Translations under genes and position numbers: made by a program
Origin: Sphaerochaetaceae bacterium
GTDB lineage: Bacteria > Spirochaetota > Spirochaetia > Sphaerochaetales > Sphaerochaetaceae
DNA: 64,000 nt
Assembly (NCBI GenBank): GCA_024405015.1
Contig: JAKSPE010000005.1
Span: forward strand, 36,149 to 100,148
Reading direction: 5' to 3'
Notes under the pieces: model-generated
Seen by the model: the letters and a program-made list of their open reading frames with translations, nothing else
Database searches by the model: none
What the model was told of the DNA's origin: nothing
Shown: one piece after another, positions 18,246 through 27,456 of the stretch
Position numbering within the stretch: the stretch's first letter is position 1
Layout of the letters: every line of letters begins with the position of its first letter

Positions 18246-18864
18246 GTGCGTCATCGTCGCAGGTGGAGAGATCTCAGACTATGCTCATGTGCGCTCTTAT
18301 CTCAAAGCGGAAGACTATGTCGTGTACTGCGACTGTGGTTTGAGACACCTTGCACATCTGAACGCCAAGGCAGACCTTGTGGTCGGTGATTTCGATTCTT
18401 TTGAAAAGCCTTCGATTGATGTTGAGGTCATTGCCCTTCCGCGAGAGAAGGATGACACCGATTCCCTTTATGCTATCAAAGAATGCCTTTGTCGTGGCTA
18501 TGATGAATTTCTTCTTGTCGGCATGCTGGGCGGTAGGGTAGACCATTCTCTTGCCAACATCTATTGTCTTCTGTTCCTCTATGAGAAGAACTGCAGCGCC
18601 ATGCTTGTCTCCGACACCCAGGAGATGTGGATGGTGGAAAAGGATATCTGCTACATCGATGACAACTGTAAGTATTTCTCCCTAGTGAACATCTCCGGCA
18701 TCGCGCGGGGCATCACTATAAGAAACGCCAAGTATGAACTGGAGAATGCGGAAATCCAAAGCAGTTTCCAGCTGGGAATCAGCAATGAGGTGCTTTTAGG
18801 CAAAACCGCAGAGGTCTCTGTTCAGGAAGGTTGTGTCCTTTTGATCCGAACCCTCACTGAATGA
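18238..18864 (+). CDS. thiamine diphosphokinase
   Basis: VIVAGGE......D.VV.CD.G, VGDFDS, KDDTD and G..GGR.DH motifs are typical of the ThiN/TPK family. It overlaps the HAD stop. Confidence 0.8.
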   Translation: MPRCVIVAGGEISDYAHVRSYLKAEDYVVYCDCGLRHLAHLNAKADLVVGDFDSFEKPSIDVEVIALPREKDDTDSLYAIKECLCRGYDEFLLVGMLGGRVDHSLANIYCLLFLYEKNCSAMLVSDTQEMWMVEKDICYIDDNCKYFSLVNISGIARGITIRNAKYELENAEIQSSFQLGISNEVLLGKTAEVSVQEGCVLLIRTLTE

Positions 18865-18938
18865 GTTTTTTCAACAGTATGGTAAGTCTTTGACTTGTTA
18901 TGAATTGTTACAAAATTCCCACTTTTTTCTGTAGTTTG

Positions 18939-18967
18939 TTGACACATCCATAAATAAAAAATACAAA
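18939..18967 (+). promoter_or_regulatory. candidate sigma-70 promoter for ddh
   Basis: TTGACA at 18939-18944, a 17-nt spacer, then TACAAA at 18962-18967, about 25 nt upstream of the ddh start. Confidence 0.4.
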
Positions 18968-18992
18968 TTTCACCAGAAGTGAGGTTTCCCAA

Positions 18993-19979
18993 ATGAGTAC
19001 AAGAATCGGTATTTACGGATATGGTAATCTCGGTCGCGGTATCGAGTGTGCAGTCAAGCAGAACAAGGATATGGAACTTGTTGCTGTCTTTACAAGAAGA
19101 GATCCATCAAGCGTCAAGATCCAGACACAGGGTGTTCCTGTCGTCGCATCAAGCGATGTTGAGTCCTGGGTCGGAAAGATTGATGTTCTGGTCATCTGTG
19201 GCGGAAGTGCAACAGACCTGCCAACCATGACACCAAAGCTTGCAGCCATGTTCAACGTCATCGATTCCTTCGATACACACGCACGTGTTCCAGAGCACTT
19301 TGCAAATGTCGATGCAGCAGCAAAGCAGAACAATAAGGTTGCCGTCATCTCCTGTGGTTGGGACCCAGGTATGTTCTCTCTCAACAGACTGTATGCCAAC
19401 TGCGTTCTTCCATGCGGAAGCGACTACACCTTCTGGGGCAAGGGCGTCAGCCAGGGCCACTCCGATGCCATCAGACGCATTGAGGGTGTTCAGGATGCAC
19501 GACAGTACACCATCCCTGTCCAGGAAGCACTGGATGCTGTAAGAAGCGGAAAGAACCCAGAGCTCACCACTCGCCAGAAGCATACCAGAGAGTGCTTTGT
19601 CGTTCTCAAGGAAGGTGCTGATGCAAAGAGAGTCGAAAACGAGATCGTCACCATGCCAAACTACTTCTCCGACTATGACACAACCGTCCATTTCATCAGC
19701 CAGGAAGAGCTTGATTGTGACCACAAGGGAATCCCACACGGTGGCTTTGTCATCCGCTGTGGCAAGACCGGTTGGAACGAAGAGAACACACACGTCATCG
19801 AGTACAGCCTCAAACTTGACTCCAACCCAGAGTTCACAACCTCTGTCATCGTTGCCTATGCCCGCGCCATCGCAAGACTTGCCAAGGAAGGCTCCTATGG
19901 CTGCAAGACAGTCTTTGACATCGCTCCAGCATATCTTAGCCCTCTGAGCGGCGAAGAGATCAGAGCTCATCTTCTGTAA
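18993..19979 (+). CDS. ddh: meso-diaminopimelate D-dehydrogenase
   Basis: IGIYGYGNLGRG.E.A, VFTRRDP, CGGSATD, SCGWDPG and WGKGVSQGHSDA motifs. 328 aa. Confidence 0.9.
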   Translation: MSTRIGIYGYGNLGRGIECAVKQNKDMELVAVFTRRDPSSVKIQTQGVPVVASSDVESWVGKIDVLVICGGSATDLPTMTPKLAAMFNVIDSFDTHARVPEHFANVDAAAKQNNKVAVISCGWDPGMFSLNRLYANCVLPCGSDYTFWGKGVSQGHSDAIRRIEGVQDARQYTIPVQEALDAVRSGKNPELTTRQKHTRECFVVLKEGADAKRVENEIVTMPNYFSDYDTTVHFISQEELDCDHKGIPHGGFVIRCGKTGWNEENTHVIEYSLKLDSNPEFTTSVIVAYARAIARLAKEGSYGCKTVFDIAPAYLSPLSGEEIRAHLL

Positions 19980-19996
19980 TTGGAGAAATGCTGACA

Positions 19997-20035
19997 AAAG
20001 GCTTCGTTCCAAAGCGGTTCGGAGCCTTTTTCTGT
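19997..20035 (+). terminator. rho-independent terminator after ddh
   Basis: Stem AAAGGCTTCG ... CGGAGCCTTT followed by TTTTCT. Confidence 0.6.
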
Positions 20036-20064
20036 AAAAACGAATGCTATTTGCAAAGGATAAT

Positions 20065-20082
20065 TGCTATAATCAGCCTATG
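20065..20082 (+). promoter_or_regulatory. extended -10 promoter abutting the lysA start codon (candidate leaderless mRNA)
   Basis: TGcTATAAT at 20065-20073, then 6 nt (CAGCCT), then ATG at 20080. There is no SD before either candidate start. Confidence 0.4.
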
Positions 20083-21384
20083 ATCACAAACATCGCAGAC
20101 AACATCAGTTCAAAAGACGGACATCTCACATTTGCAGGACAGGATACTGTTGAACTTGCAAAGAAATATGGAACTCCACTTTATCTTCTGGACGAGGATA
20201 AGATCCGGGAGAACTGCCGCACCTACACCGCAGCCTTCAAGAAGTATTTCGGTGAAGGATCCAGACCTCTCTATGCTTCCAAGGCCAACTCCTTCAAGGG
20301 CATCTACCGCATCATGCAGGAAGAGGGTATGGGCATTGATGTCGTTTCCCCAGGTGAGATCTATGTCGCAAAAGCCGCAGGCTACGACCTGTCCCAGGCC
20401 TATTTCCACGGCAACTGCAAGACGGATGCTGACATCGCCTTTGCTTTTGACAACGGTGTTGGCGTCTTTGTCGCAGACAACCAGGAAGAGGTGATTGCGG
20501 TGGAGGCCGAAGCTGCAAAGCGCGGCGTCAAGCAGCGTGTCATGATTCGTGTGACTCCAGGCATTGACCCACACACCTACGAGGCAATCTCAACAGGAAA
20601 GGTCGACTCCAAGTTCGGAAGTGCCGTCGAGACAGGCCAGGCCGATGAGATTGTGGCACTGACACTCAAGCAGCCACATCTTGAGCTTGTCGGTTTCCAT
20701 TGCCATGTTGGCTCCCAGGTCTTTGCTGAGGATGTGTATGAGAGAACCGTCATCGTCATGATGGAGTTCGCTGCCGACATGAAGAGAAAGTATGGCTATG
20801 AGCTGACTGAACTTGATCTTGGTGGTGGTTTTGGTGTCCCTTATGTGGATACTGACGGACGCTTTGACATTGACCAGAAGCTTTCTGAGATTGCAAAGAC
20901 ACTCGAGGACGTCTGTGCAAGACTTGGCATCAGAAAGCCACTGTACCACATGGAACCAGGTCGCTCTGTCGTTGCTGCAGCCGGTATGACACTGTACACC
21001 GTCGGCTCCACAAAGAGAATTCCAGGTTACAAGAACTATGTTGCCATCGATGGCGGAATGACCGACAACCCACGCTATGCTTTGTACGGCTCCAAGTACA
21101 CATGCTTTGTCGCTTCCCGCATCGACGAACAGAAGGACCTTGAGGTTTCCATCGTCGGTCGCTGCTGTGAAAGCGGAGACATCATCCAGCGTGATGTCAT
21201 GGTTCCATCCACTGTACAGAGAGGTGATATCGTTGCTGTCTGTACCACAGGTGCCTACAATTACGCCATGGCATCCAACTACAACAAGATCCCATATCCT
21301 GCCATGGTGCTGCTCAAGGACGGGGAGAGCAAAATCGCCATCAAGCGCCAGTCCTATGCTGACCTTTGCATGAATGATGTCTGA
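20080..21384 (+). CDS. lysA: diaminopimelate decarboxylase
   Basis: YGTPLYLLDE, the YASKAN PLP-lysine motif, LDLGGGFGV, EPGR and CESGD motifs. Start 20080 gives the usual distance of about 30 aa to GTPLY. Confidence 0.9.
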   Translation: MITNIADNISSKDGHLTFAGQDTVELAKKYGTPLYLLDEDKIRENCRTYTAAFKKYFGEGSRPLYASKANSFKGIYRIMQEEGMGIDVVSPGEIYVAKAAGYDLSQAYFHGNCKTDADIAFAFDNGVGVFVADNQEEVIAVEAEAAKRGVKQRVMIRVTPGIDPHTYEAISTGKVDSKFGSAVETGQADEIVALTLKQPHLELVGFHCHVGSQVFAEDVYERTVIVMMEFAADMKRKYGYELTELDLGGGFGVPYVDTDGRFDIDQKLSEIAKTLEDVCARLGIRKPLYHMEPGRSVVAAAGMTLYTVGSTKRIPGYKNYVAIDGGMTDNPRYALYGSKYTCFVASRIDEQKDLEVSIVGRCCESGDIIQRDVMVPSTVQRGDIVAVCTTGAYNYAMASNYNKIPYPAMVLLKDGESKIAIKRQSYADLCMNDV

Positions 21385-21406
21385 TAAAGTTATCGCTTCG
21401 ATATGA

Positions 21407-21440
21407 AAAATCCCGCAGGACTCTGCGGGATTTTCTGTTT
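21407..21440. terminator. bidirectional rho-independent terminator
   Basis: AAAATCCCGCAG-GACTC-TGCGGGATTTT is flanked by A and T runs and lies between convergent genes. Confidence 0.7.
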
Positions 21441-21453
21441 AAGAAGTATGTTC

Positions 21454-21852
21454 TCAGTTGTTGTCGAACATTCCCTTCTTCTGCTCGAGGTACCACATGA
21501 TTACACATGTGATTGCGCAGTTGAGGAGGCAGGAGAGAAGTCCTCCGAAGCTGAATCCGCCACGAACGGTTCCGACGATGAAGTTGAGAATTGTCCAGGC
21601 AATGTTCACCAGGTTTGTCAGCTGCAGAAGCTTTCTGCCGTTTTCACGGAAGAATGCTGCATTGTAGGCGCCAAGAAGCTGAACAGCTGCGATGGCAAGG
21701 CCAAGAAGTGACATGATGCCGAAACCTGCGAACAGGTTGATCAGTGAAATCAGTGCCATGAGTGGGAACCACACGAGGATGACTGCGGCGAGAATGTTCA
21801 TTGACTCACCGTTCTTTTCTGTATTGAACTTGAGAAGGAAATTGAAATCCAT
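21454..21852 (-). CDS. hypothetical small membrane protein
   Basis: 132-aa ORF with about four hydrophobic helices. No family recognised. Confidence 0.55.
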   Translation of the reverse strand: MDFNFLLKFNTEKNGESMNILAAVILVWFPLMALISLINLFAGFGIMSLLGLAIAAVQLLGAYNAAFFRENGRKLLQLTNLVNIAWTILNFIVGTVRGGFSFGGLLSCLLNCAITCVIMWYLEQKKGMFDNN

Positions 21853-21994
21853 AATATACTCCTTTGAATTGGACTTTCTGCATGATAGTCAAAACAAATG
21901 ATTCTTACAACACTATATATGTTTATGAACAATTCAATTTACGATTCTTTTCAATTGTGCTAACATGACCTTTGCCCATCATTTGGAGGTTTCT

Positions 21995-22519
21995 ATGAAA
22001 AAAGTTGAAGATTACATCATCACAATCCCAGATTTCCCGGAGCCTGGAATTATGTTCCGCGACGTCACCGGCATTCTTGAGAGTGCTGATGGTCTTAAGC
22101 TTGCCATCGATGAGCTCGTGAAGCTCCTTGATGGAGTGGAGTTCGATGCCATCGCTGGTGCAGAGTCTAGAGGTTTCATCCTTGGTATGCCAATTGCATA
22201 TCTTCTTCATAAGCCTTTCATCCCTGTCAGAAAGGCCGGAAAGCTTCCAAGAGAGGTTGTCCGAGAATCCTATGACCTTGAGTATGGAAAGGCAACCATC
22301 GAGATCCACAAGTCCTCTGTCAAACCTGGAGACCGCATCGTTCTCATCGATGACCTGATTGCTACAGGCGGAACAATGGCCGCAGCAATCAAGCTTGTTG
22401 AGCAGCTTGGCGGAAAGGTCCAGAAGATCATCGCTCTCATCGAACTCAAGGGCCTTAACGGCAGAGCCGCAATGCCAGGTTATGACATTGAGAGTGTCAT
22501 TGCCTACGACGGAAAATAA
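21995..22519 (+). CDS. apt: adenine phosphoribosyltransferase
   Basis: GGAGG lies 5 nt upstream. DFP.PGI.FRD.T and the VLIDDLIATGGT PRPP motif. Confidence 0.9.
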   Translation: MKKVEDYIITIPDFPEPGIMFRDVTGILESADGLKLAIDELVKLLDGVEFDAIAGAESRGFILGMPIAYLLHKPFIPVRKAGKLPREVVRESYDLEYGKATIEIHKSSVKPGDRIVLIDDLIATGGTMAAAIKLVEQLGGKVQKIIALIELKGLNGRAAMPGYDIESVIAYDGK

Positions 22520-22595
22520 TAGAACTGTACGATTGCATGACATTTCACTATATTTGGTGAAGTGCAGGGGAAGTATCCCCGTTTGGAGTATATAA

Positions 22596-23927
22596 ATGGC
22601 TGTAGTTAAGAAACAGAAGACACCTATCACACTGCTTTGCGGCTATCTTGGCGCCGGAAAGACAACCCTGATGAACAAGGTCCTGACAAACCAGCAGGGC
22701 TATAAGGTTGCAGTTATCGTCAACGATATCGGAGAGATCAACGTCGATGCCTCTCTCATCGCAAAGGGTGGAAACATAACAGATACCAGTGACATCGTCC
22801 CACTGACAAACGGATGCATCTGCTGCACCCTCAAGAGCCAGATGGCCAAGGACATTGAGAAGCTCATCAAGACCGGTCGATATGACTATATCATGATTGA
22901 GGCTTCCGGAGTCTGTGAACCAATGCCAATTGCACAGGAGCTTCAGCTGATCAAGAACGGCAAGCTCGACAACGTTGTTGGTGTTGTTGATGCTGCAAGA
23001 CTTGTCGATGAGTTCGCAGGTGGAGACAACCTTCTCAAGAAGGATTCCATTGATGAAGAGGATATCGAGAGCCTTCTCGTTCAGCAGATTGAGTTCTGCT
23101 CAACTCTGATCATCAACAAGTGTGACCTCGTTTCCGAGTCTGACCTCAAGAAGGTCCGCAAGGTCGTTGAGGCACTGCATCCAGGTGCAAAGGTCATCGA
23201 GACAAGCCATGGCGACGTTCCTGTTGCTGATGTTCTTGCAACCGGATCGTTTGATTTCGATGAGGTCTATGCTGCCGCAGGTTGGTGTAGAGCTCTCGAG
23301 GAAGGTGAACTCGGCGATGAGGAAGATGATGATGACGATCACGACCATGACCATGAAGATCATGACCATGAGGAGCATGAGCACCATCACCACCATCATC
23401 ATGACCATGACGATGATGACGACGATGACGAAGATCATGATCACGAGCATCACCATGACGATGACGACGATGATGACGATGACCACGACCATGAGCACGA
23501 GGGACACGAGCACCATCATCACCATCACCACGAGCACAAGCACGAAGGCGAGAGTGAGGATGAGTATGGAATCGGAACCTTCATTTACTACAGAAGAACT
23601 CCTTTCGACAGAGAGAAGCTCAGAAAGTATGTCAATGACTTCCCAAGAAACATCATCCGCAGCAAGGGTCTTGCCTGGTTCAGCGATGAGTACAACACAG
23701 CCTACGTCTTTGAGACTTCCGGCCGCCAGGTCCTTTGCGGTCCTTATGGAATGTGGATTGCATCCGCTCCAGCTGCACAGAGAAAGGAGATTCTTGCAAA
23801 CAATCCTCAGATCAGAGCAGACTGGGATGACAAGGTCGGTGACAGAATGGTCAGACTTTGCATCATCGGAAAGAATCTTGATAAGAAGAAGATTGCAGCA
23901 GAGCTTGATGCTTGCCTTGCAAAGTAA
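22596..23927 (+). CDS. COG0523/CobW-family metallochaperone GTPase with an 83-aa Asp/His/Glu-rich insert
   Basis: GYLGAGKTTL P-loop, GCICC metal motif, IEASG and NK.DL. The D/H/E tract is encoded at about 23316-23564 and is followed by a CobW_C-like domain. Confidence 0.85.
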   Translation: MAVVKKQKTPITLLCGYLGAGKTTLMNKVLTNQQGYKVAVIVNDIGEINVDASLIAKGGNITDTSDIVPLTNGCICCTLKSQMAKDIEKLIKTGRYDYIMIEASGVCEPMPIAQELQLIKNGKLDNVVGVVDAARLVDEFAGGDNLLKKDSIDEEDIESLLVQQIEFCSTLIINKCDLVSESDLKKVRKVVEALHPGAKVIETSHGDVPVADVLATGSFDFDEVYAAAGWCRALEEGELGDEEDDDDDHDHDHEDHDHEEHEHHHHHHHDHDDDDDDDEDHDHEHHHDDDDDDDDDHDHEHEGHEHHHHHHHEHKHEGESEDEYGIGTFIYYRRTPFDREKLRKYVNDFPRNIIRSKGLAWFSDEYNTAYVFETSGRQVLCGPYGMWIASAPAAQRKEILANNPQIRADWDDKVGDRMVRLCIIGKNLDKKKIAAELDACLAK

Positions 23928-23950
23928 GTTTCACGAAATTGTGAGTACAG

Positions 23951-23983
23951 AGGGTGTGACGAAAGTTGCACCCTTTCTTTTTG
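23951..23983 (+). terminator. rho-independent terminator
   Basis: AGGGTG...CACCCT stem followed by TTTCTTTTT. Confidence 0.7.
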
Positions 23984-23987
23984 TCCG

Positions 23988-24127
23988 CTCATGTGCATAT
24001 GCCGTGTAAGACCTGGTCATACCCCTTTTTCAAGGACGCCATGCCATGGACTGCGCCAGGGCTTTGTGGCCCGCTTGCCATTTGGCAGGCTGGAATGCAC
24101 AAGCATCACACCGCCTGCCCACAATCG
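23988..24127 (+). repeat. intergenic repeat family A, copy 1 (inverted partner at 61120-61254)
   Basis: A by-eye alignment of CTCATGTGCATATGCCGTGTAAGACCTGGTCATACCCC...GCCCGCTTGCCAT...CAGGCTGG...CACAATCG against the reverse complement of 61120-61254 shows mostly matching bases with several small indels. Confidence 0.7.
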
Positions 24128-24164
24128 CAGTTCTAGGGTCTAAAAGAGTAAAGGACTTCAGGTA

Positions 24165-24350
24165 CTAGCTTTTCCCGAACTTTCCGTGAAGAACCATACT
24201 TTTTGCAATTTCCCAGGAAAGTAGGGTGTGCACTACATACCATTCGATGGTTTCCCTAGACGGTTTGTAGTCATTCAAACAGGAAGCAACTTTCCCTATG
24301 TTCTTATAAGAAAACAGGGACCATTGCAAAGCAACAGTCCCTGTTTTTTT
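24165..24350 (+). repeat. intergenic repeat family B, copy 1 (direct partner at 44655-44830), ending in a terminator hairpin
   Basis: It shares the CCCGAA anchor, GTAGTCATYCARACARGA, and the hairpin GGGACCATTGCA.A.GCAACAGTCCC with 44655-44830. The hairpin here is flanked by A and T runs, so it acts as a bidirectional terminator and serves uxaB. Confidence 0.65.
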
Positions 24351-24365
24351 GTGTTCAGATTACGA

Positions 24366-25865
24366 TCAGAGGCAGCTCTTGTAAGCCTCGAGTGCTCCCT
24401 TTTCTCTGATGAGAGTGACATTCTTGACTGTGAGCTCCTCGAAGCCTTCGATCTTTGTGAGATCCTGACCCCACATCTGCTCGTTTGTCATGACGGCGTG
24501 GACAAGGTCCTTGACGCTGTCGTTCTTGTGAGCATAGTAGAACTCGAGAACCCATCTGTCGTCGGAGATGAGGTACTCGTTGCCAGCTGGGCGCTTTGCG
24601 ACAAGACCCTTCTCATTGAGCTCCTGGAGGTCATTTGAGAAGAATGCGATGTATGCAGCATAACCCATGGAGATGCAGGTTGGGAGCTTGCCGTTCTTCT
24701 CGACATACTCGAGGAAGGAAGGCATGCAGCGTGCGCGCCACTTGGAAGTGGAGTTGAGTGAGATGCTCATGAGCTCGTGGTTGACGAATGGGTTGTTGAA
24801 ACGGTCCTGGACAGCAGCGGCGAAAGCCTTGCAGTCATCCTGTGGGAGTGGAAGGATAGGGACTGTCTCCTCAAGAAGCATCTTGTTCATGTAGCCGAGG
24901 ATTGTGCTGTCGTGCATGCAGTCTCTGACAATGTCATAACCGCCAAGGTAAGCACCAAGAACGAAACCTGTGTGTGCACCATTGAGGATTCTGACCTTTC
25001 TCTTCTTGTATGGTGTCATGTCAGCTGTGACAAAGACGTTCTTCTCAAGACCAGCCTTCTTGAATGGAAGTCTGTCGTTGAGCTCTTCTGGTCCTTCGAT
25101 GACCCAAAGACCAAAGCACTCACCAACGTCGAGAAGTGGGTCAGCATAGCCGTGCTTCTCTTCGAGCTCTGCAACTTCCTTTGGATCTCTGATTCTACCT
25201 GGAACGATTCTGTCGACGAGGGAACCGCAGAAAAGGCACTTGTTGTTGACATAGTCGCAGAAGTCAGCCTCGAGGCCCCACTGCTCAATGTACTTGTTGA
25301 CGCACTTCTGGAGCTCTTTACCGTTGTTGTCAATCAGCTCACATGCAAGGATTGTGACAGGAGCCTTCTTGGCCATCCAACGTCTGTAAAGGACCTGTGT
25401 CATCTTTGCTGGGAAGCTTGATGGTGGAACGTCGTCCTTCTGGCAAGCTGGATCGTAGACGATACCGGCTTCTGTTGTATTGGAAACGATGATCTCGAGG
25501 TCGTCGCTGACTGCAACTTCCATCATCTTCTCATAGTCGTCCTTCTCGTACGGATTGAGACATCTGGAGACACTTGAGATGACGCGCTTTGCATCAACTT
25601 TCTGTCCGTTCTCGCTTCCGCGGAGATAGAGAGTGTAAAGACCTTCCTGTGCATTGATCATCTTTGCAAGGCCTGGAGCGATTGGCTGAACGAGAACGCA
25701 CTTTCCGTTCCAGTTTGCCTTCTCGTTTGCAAGGTCGAACCAGTAGTCAACGAAAGCTCTGAGGAAGTTTCCCTCACCAAACTGGAGAACCTTCTCCGGT
25801 GCATCCTTGAGAATGTATCCGTCATAGCCGGTCTTGGCCAGGACATCATAGTTAAGTGTTTCCAT
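24366..25865 (-). CDS. uxaB: tagaturonate reductase (altronate oxidoreductase)
   Basis: VLQFGEGNFLRAF.D......N.......G..V.VQP mannitol-dehydrogenase-type N-terminus. It is 499 aa and lies adjacent to uxaA. Confidence 0.85.
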   Translation of the reverse strand: METLNYDVLAKTGYDGYILKDAPEKVLQFGEGNFLRAFVDYWFDLANEKANWNGKCVLVQPIAPGLAKMINAQEGLYTLYLRGSENGQKVDAKRVISSVSRCLNPYEKDDYEKMMEVAVSDDLEIIVSNTTEAGIVYDPACQKDDVPPSSFPAKMTQVLYRRWMAKKAPVTILACELIDNNGKELQKCVNKYIEQWGLEADFCDYVNNKCLFCGSLVDRIVPGRIRDPKEVAELEEKHGYADPLLDVGECFGLWVIEGPEELNDRLPFKKAGLEKNVFVTADMTPYKKRKVRILNGAHTGFVLGAYLGGYDIVRDCMHDSTILGYMNKMLLEETVPILPLPQDDCKAFAAAVQDRFNNPFVNHELMSISLNSTSKWRARCMPSFLEYVEKNGKLPTCISMGYAAYIAFFSNDLQELNEKGLVAKRPAGNEYLISDDRWVLEFYYAHKNDSVKDLVHAVMTNEQMWGQDLTKIEGFEELTVKNVTLIREKGALEAYKSCL

Positions 25866-25899
25866 TATGTTTTTTTTCTCCTTAAAGAATTATCTAAGA

Positions 25900-27414
25900 T
25901 TAAAGGATGACTCCATCCTTGAAGAGTGAGATTTCACGGTAGCCGTTGATCTCGTTCTTTGTATGCTTCTCACCGTTTGCGAACTGGACGAGAAGGTCAA
26001 TGAAATCGGAAGTGACCTCTTCAGCGTCACGCTCAAGAAGCTGACCTGCATTGAAGTCGATCCAGTTTGCCTTCTTCTGGGCAAGTGGGGTGTTTGTTGC
26101 GACCTTGACGGTTGGAACCGGAGATCCCAGTGGAGTTCCACGGCCTGTTGTGAACAGGATCATGTTACATCCGGAAGCGGACATTGCTGTGGTTGAGACA
26201 ATGTCGTTACCTGGACCGAGAAGCAGGTTGAGACCTGGCTTTGTCACCATGTCACCGTAACCGAGAACGGCCTCGACAGGAGCTCTTCCGCCTTTCTGGA
26301 CACAACCGAGGCTCTTGTCCTCGAGTGTTGAGATTCCACCAGCCTTGTTACCTGGAGAAGGGTTCTCGTAGACAACCTGGTTGTGGGCGACAAAGTACTC
26401 CTTGAAGTTGTTGATCAGATCGACTGTCTGGTTGTAGACGTCCTCTGTGACGCAGCGGTTCATGAGCATCTGCTCTGCACCGAACATCTCTGGAACCTCT
26501 GTGAGGATTGCTGTTCCGCCCATTGCGGTAAGAGCATTGCAGAAGCGACCGACCAGTGGGTTTCCTGTGATACCGGAAAGACCGTCAGAACCACCGCACT
26601 TGAAACCGACGACGAGTCTGGACATTGGAGCCTGAGTTCTCTTGTCACCTGCCATAGCGCTTGCAATCTGCTTGAGAAGCTCCTTGGCATCCTCAACTTC
26701 ATCGACGCTCTCCTGGCTGACGAGGAACTTCACTCTGTTTGTATCCACTTCGCCGACAAGCTGCTTGAAGGAATCCATGGTGTTGTTCTCACAACCAAGT
26801 CCAAGAACGAGGACTCCACCTGCATTTGGATGGTGGACGAGGTCAGCAAGGATTCTTCTTGTGTTCTCGTGGTCTGTTCCCATCTGTGAGCAGCCGTATG
26901 GGTGTGTGAAGGCATGAACGCCATCCTCGAGTCCGAGAACTTCGTTTGCCCAGGCCTCAAGACGCATGGCAACTCTGTTGACACAACCGACGGTTGGAAT
27001 GATCCAAAGTTCGTTTCGGATTCCGACCTTGCCGTTGGCTCTCTCGTAGACGTTGACCATTGGAACCTTTCCTTCCCACTTGGCCTTGTCCTGCTTTGCC
27101 ATTTCCATGCAGTCCACTGCAGTCTGTCTGTCGTATGTGTATTCTGCAGTCTCTGAGAGGCAGGTGTGGATGTTGAAGGCATGTACATGGGAACCCATTG
27201 CAATGGCCTGCTTGGCAGCGCCGATAGGGTAGCCGTACTTGATGACCTTCTCCTCAGCCTCAAGATCCTTGAGTGCGATCTTGTGACCTGCCGGGATGTC
27301 TGTGACTGCTGTGACCTGGATGCCTTCCACTTCAATCGTCTCTCCCTTTGTGATAGGGGCGATGGCGACTGCTACGTTGTCAAGGCTGTTAATTCTGATC
27401 AGTTTGCTTTCCAA
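25900..27414 (-). CDS. uxaA: altronate dehydratase
   Basis: N-terminal SAF domain (INSLDNVAVA...I..G), then a UxaA/GarD family body (HPYGCSQ, LGLGCE). Confidence 0.9.
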   Translation of the reverse strand: MESKLIRINSLDNVAVAIAPITKGETIEVEGIQVTAVTDIPAGHKIALKDLEAEEKVIKYGYPIGAAKQAIAMGSHVHAFNIHTCLSETAEYTYDRQTAVDCMEMAKQDKAKWEGKVPMVNVYERANGKVGIRNELWIIPTVGCVNRVAMRLEAWANEVLGLEDGVHAFTHPYGCSQMGTDHENTRRILADLVHHPNAGGVLVLGLGCENNTMDSFKQLVGEVDTNRVKFLVSQESVDEVEDAKELLKQIASAMAGDKRTQAPMSRLVVGFKCGGSDGLSGITGNPLVGRFCNALTAMGGTAILTEVPEMFGAEQMLMNRCVTEDVYNQTVDLINNFKEYFVAHNQVVYENPSPGNKAGGISTLEDKSLGCVQKGGRAPVEAVLGYGDMVTKPGLNLLLGPGNDIVSTTAMSASGCNMILFTTGRGTPLGSPVPTVKVATNTPLAQKKANWIDFNAGQLLERDAEEVTSDFIDLLVQFANGEKHTKNEINGYREISLFKDGVIL

Positions 27415-27456
27415 AAGAATCCTCCCTTATCTTCCTGGTGCCGACTTGGCAGATGG

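Noticed and set aside
19149-20012. 287-aa minus-strand ORF antisense to ddh
   Set aside because: Ddh motifs on the plus strand are unambiguous. The antisense product is Cys/Asp/Leu-rich with no family resemblance.
18865-20079. Lysine riboswitch, T-box or Moco riboswitch upstream of ddh/lysA, the his operon and the Mo genes (also 4244-4434 and 28237-28367)
   Set aside because: I could not find the conserved cores (L-box helices, T-box AGAGA/specifier plus antiterminator, Moco CCUCC motif) by eye. The spacers are short and AT-rich. An Infernal scan would settle this.
23100-24009. ORFs 23100-23543 (minus) and 23122-24009 (plus), rich in M/V/I or T/M/S
   Set aside because: They are low-complexity artefacts of the GAT/CAT codon microsatellite that encodes the Asp/His tract of the COG0523 GTPase.
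24228-24638. 136-aa plus-strand ORF spanning the intergenic repeat and the uxaB 3' end
   Set aside because: It crosses a terminator hairpin and is antisense to uxaB. It has no SD.
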